64,000 nucleotides of DNA from Alphaproteobacteria bacterium (GTDB taxonomy: Bacteria > Pseudomonadota > Alphaproteobacteria > JAAXGF01), in the NCBI GenBank assembly GCA_963555825.3, contig CAUVXB020000001.1:2112001-2176000 (forward strand). Direction: 5' to 3'. Made by a program: the position numbers and the translations under genes. Of this stretch, positions 60,976 to 64,000 are shown piece by piece (positions within the stretch are counted from its first letter, which is position 1; the number at the start of each line of letters is the position of its first letter). Below the pieces are notes generated by a model. It was given only the letters and a program-made list of their open reading frames with translations. It was not told the origin of the DNA and ran no database searches.

Positions 60976-63197
60976 TGGCCGCCGAACTGCCGAAGAAGCG
61001 TATCATCGGGTATCCCGACCGGGTCAGCGCAGCACCCGGCGAGGAGATCCAGTTCATGGTCAGCTGCGACGGCGTCGCGCGGTACCGCGCCGACATCGTG
61101 CGCCTGGTCTCGGGCGATCTGCATCCGGGCGGCTCGGGCTTCATCGAGCGCCTCGTCGAGACGCCGGTCGGCGGCGATTATCCGGGCCGCGACCAGCCGA
61201 TCGACGCCGGTTCCTACGCGGTGATCGACGACGCCGCGCCCTTCGCCGCGCTGGAGAGCTTTACGTTGCAGGCGATGATCTGGCCGACGACGCCCGACAA
61301 GGGCCGCCAGACCATCATGGGCAACTTGTCCGAGGCCGACCAGACGGGTTTCGCGCTGATCCTCGACGAGGACGGCGCGCTGGCGCTCGACATCGGCGAC
61401 GGTGCGCGCGAGACGGTCACCACGGGCGTCCCGCTGCTGGCCCGCGAATGGACGCTGGTCGCCGCGAGCTTCGACGCCGCGACGAAGACGGTGCGCCTGA
61501 TCCACCAGACCCGGGCCAACTATCCGCGCAGCGCGCTCGCGGCGGAAGCCGAAGCGACCCTCGGCGTCGCGCGCGCCGGTGCCAGCGGCGCGCCGTTTAC
61601 GATCGCCGACGGTCTCTACAACGGCAAGATCGACGCTGCGCGCGTCAGCCGGGCCGCGCTCGACGACGCCGAGATCGAGGCATTGGTCGCACCGGGCGGG
61701 CCGCTGCCCGAGAGCGTCGTCGCGGCGTGGGATTTTGCCCGCGAGATGACCACGAACCGCATCGTCGATAGCTCGCCCAACCGCCTCGACGGCCGTCTGG
61801 TGAACCTGCCTGCGCGCGCCATGAAGGGCCACGACTGGACCGGCGCCGAGATGAGCTGGCGGCATGCCCCCGAACAGTACGGCGCCATCCACTTCCACGA
61901 CGACGACCTCTACGACTGCGGCTGGGACGCCGACTTCACGCTCACCGTGCCCGATGACATGCCGAGCGGCGTCTATGCGGCGCGGCTGGTCTCGGGCGAC
62001 GATACCGACCACATCCCCTTCGCCGTCCTGCCGCCGCGCGGCACGGCGACCGCCGACGCGCTGTTCCTGATGCCGACGGCGAGCTACATGGCTTACGCCA
62101 ACGAGCACAACGGTCCCGAGGGCGGCCGCGGCATGCAGGTTTCGATGAACCACCTGATGGGCCTGAGCGCATCGGACCTGCTGCTCGATGCGCGGCCCGA
62201 GCTCAGCCATTCGCTCTACGATAAGCACAGCGACGGCAGTGGCGTCTGCTACAGCTCGCGACTGCGCCCGATCCTCAACTTCCGTCCCGGCGTGACCAAC
62301 CCCTGGGTTGGCGCCGCGGGCACCGCCGCTTGGCAGTTCAACGCCGACACACCACTGCTGGACTGGCTCGAGGCAAAGGGTTTCGCCTTCGATGTTGCGA
62401 CCGATGAGGACCTGCACGCCGAGGGCGCCGCGCTCTTGCAGCGCTATCGCGTGGTGCTCACCGGCAGCCACCCCGAGTACTACTCGACCGCCATGTGGGA
62501 CGCGGTCAAGGCATACACCGACGGCCCCGGCCGGCTGATGTACCTCGGCGGCAACGGCTTCTACTGGCGCATCGCCTATCACGAGACGCTGCCGGGCGTC
62601 CTCGAGCTGCGCCGCTCGGAAGACGGCATCCGCGATTGGGTCGCCGAGCCGGGCGAGTACTATCACAGCTTCACCGGCGAGTACGGCGGGCTGTGGACGC
62701 GCCTCGGCCGGCCGGTCCAGACGCTCGTCGGCGTCGGCATGGCGGGTCAGGGCTTCGACGTCTCGGGCTTCTTCCGGCGCACCGAGGCGAGCCGCGATCC
62801 CCGCGCCGCCTTCGTCTTCGAGGGCGTCGACGACGACGTGATCGGCGACTTCGGCACGATCGGCGGCGGCGCCGCGGGCATCGAGGTCGACCGCTACGAC
62901 CGCAAGCTGGGTTCGCCGCCGCATACGCTGATCGTCGCCACCTCCGAGGGCCTGTCCGACACCTACTATCCGGGCCCGGAAGACATCAACAGCGCCGCGT
63001 CCAACATGGACGCGACGCAGAACTCAGACGTCCGCGCCGACATGGTGTTCTTCGAGACGGCGGGCGGCGGCGCGGTGTTCTCGACCGGCTCGATCTCGTG
63101 GATCGGCAGCCTGACCCACAACGGCCACGACAACAACGTCTCGGCGGTCACCGCCAACGTGCTGCGCCGCTTCCTCGACCCCGCGCCGTTCGAGTGA
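60975..63197 (+). CDS. N,N-dimethylformamidase large subunit family protein
   Basis: YGAIHFHDDDL, PSGVYA, SYMAYANEH, SLYDKHSDGSG, GSHPEY, YLGGNGFYW, GGAVFSTGSI. Confidence 0.9.
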   Translation: MAAELPKKRIIGYPDRVSAAPGEEIQFMVSCDGVARYRADIVRLVSGDLHPGGSGFIERLVETPVGGDYPGRDQPIDAGSYAVIDDAAPFAALESFTLQAMIWPTTPDKGRQTIMGNLSEADQTGFALILDEDGALALDIGDGARETVTTGVPLLAREWTLVAASFDAATKTVRLIHQTRANYPRSALAAEAEATLGVARAGASGAPFTIADGLYNGKIDAARVSRAALDDAEIEALVAPGGPLPESVVAAWDFAREMTTNRIVDSSPNRLDGRLVNLPARAMKGHDWTGAEMSWRHAPEQYGAIHFHDDDLYDCGWDADFTLTVPDDMPSGVYAARLVSGDDTDHIPFAVLPPRGTATADALFLMPTASYMAYANEHNGPEGGRGMQVSMNHLMGLSASDLLLDARPELSHSLYDKHSDGSGVCYSSRLRPILNFRPGVTNPWVGAAGTAAWQFNADTPLLDWLEAKGFAFDVATDEDLHAEGAALLQRYRVVLTGSHPEYYSTAMWDAVKAYTDGPGRLMYLGGNGFYWRIAYHETLPGVLELRRSEDGIRDWVAEPGEYYHSFTGEYGGLWTRLGRPVQTLVGVGMAGQGFDVSGFFRRTEASRDPRAAFVFEGVDDDVIGDFGTIGGGAAGIEVDRYDRKLGSPPHTLIVATSEGLSDTYYPGPEDINSAASNMDATQNSDVRADMVFFETAGGGAVFSTGSISWIGSLTHNGHDNNVSAVTANVLRRFLDPAPFE

Positions 63198-63212
63198 CGA
63201 CACGGACCGCGC

Positions 63213-64000
63213 CTAATCACGCGGCGCATAATCGAGGTCGATCCAATACGGTTGGTGGTCCGAGCCTTGAGCCGCCTCGTCGATCCGCGCCCCAAGCACC
63301 CGCTTTCGCATCGCTTCATCGACGAAGGCGTAATCGACGCGCATGCCCCGGCCGTCACTCGTGGACGGGTCGGCGCTAAAGGTAACGCCTCCATCTTCAT
63401 CGTGTCCGGCCGCGACCCAGGTATCGACTAGGTTCTCTGTGTAGGAACTTCGGCCATGATCACTATCCCTGGGACCGACCAGATGATCGTACTCGGGATC
63501 TTTGGCCTCCATATTGAAATCCCCCATCAGGACGAACGGCTCGGGCATCGGCGGCGGGTCGCCATCCTCTTGCCATAAGGACAGCGCATTTGGGCTGCTC
63601 CATGCACCGCCCTCGGCCGGCGCACGGCGAATGGTGTCGCGAATGGCGATGATCTGCGCCGCGCGGTCATGTTGCGAATGCGCCCCCAAATGGGCGTTAT
63701 ATATTCGCAAGGCGCCATCATGGCGCAACTTGATGACCCCCTCGAAAAACCCGACGACCATGTTATGGCGATCTCGCAAGGCCGATTTCGGCAGCGGAAA
63801 AAGCCGCGTCGACAGGATCGGTGTCTTCGACAAGATCATATTGCCGAACTGCCTGCGAACGTTTTCGATGCCGCCGTCGGGCTGGGGCGTGCTCGCATCG
63901 ACATCGAAGTAAGGGCCATAGACCCAATAGTATCGATCGAGAATTTGTCCGAGTTGCGCCGGTTGGTCGACGTTACCACTACGTTGCCAATAGCGTTCGA
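63213..64000 (-). CDS. Endonuclease/exonuclease/phosphatase family protein, 5' end beyond the window
   Basis: QFGNMILS, NAHL, MGDFN, RVDY, GSDHQP; frame is open to the right edge. Confidence 0.85.
   Translation of the reverse strand, partial: ERYWQRSGNVDQPAQLGQILDRYYWVYGPYFDVDASTPQPDGGIENVRRQFGNMILSKTPILSTRLFPLPKSALRDRHNMVVGFFEGVIKLRHDGALRIYNAHLGAHSQHDRAAQIIAIRDTIRRAPAEGGAWSSPNALSLWQEDGDPPPMPEPFVLMGDFNMEAKDPEYDHLVGPRDSDHGRSSYTENLVDTWVAAGHDEDGGVTFSADPSTSDGRGMRVDYAFVDEAMRKRVLGARIDEAAQGSDHQPYWIDLDYAPRD

Noticed and set aside
1-64000. tRNA, rRNA, CRISPR array, integrase gene
   Set aside because: None recognised by eye. The multi-hairpin repeat lacks tRNA T-loop and acceptor-stem features.

Overview
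High-GC bacterial DNA, probably from an alphaproteobacterium (inferred from gene content; a host-associated marine lineage is plausible but unproven). The backbone encodes amine and methylamine catabolism (MttB-family methyltransferase, three Rieske oxygenase alpha subunits, agmatinase, ALDH7-type dehydrogenase, PLP decarboxylase, AguB, a DMFase-like pair) plus mlaA/mlaC, ettA and upp. Two IS-riddled accessory zones (about 1.9-22.7 kb and 35.4-49 kb) hold at least 13 IS copies or remnants from the IS21, IS1182 (two types), IS3, IS630 and IS256 families. Removing the IS elements by their target duplications restores several orphan genes. Four observations stand out. (1) An exported Asn-Pro-Cys repeat protein at the left edge, missed by the ORF track, lies divergent to an FGE/SUMF1-family gene. 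(2) Three 9-6-9 palindromic, Xer/dif-like sites delimit orphan gene modules. (3) A family of about 150 bp multi-hairpin repeats sits mostly at convergent gene ends. (4) A lone 60 bp attC-like site follows an orphan gene. Several frameshifts and one scrambled duplication look like assembly errors. All family calls come from motif recognition; no database searches were run.
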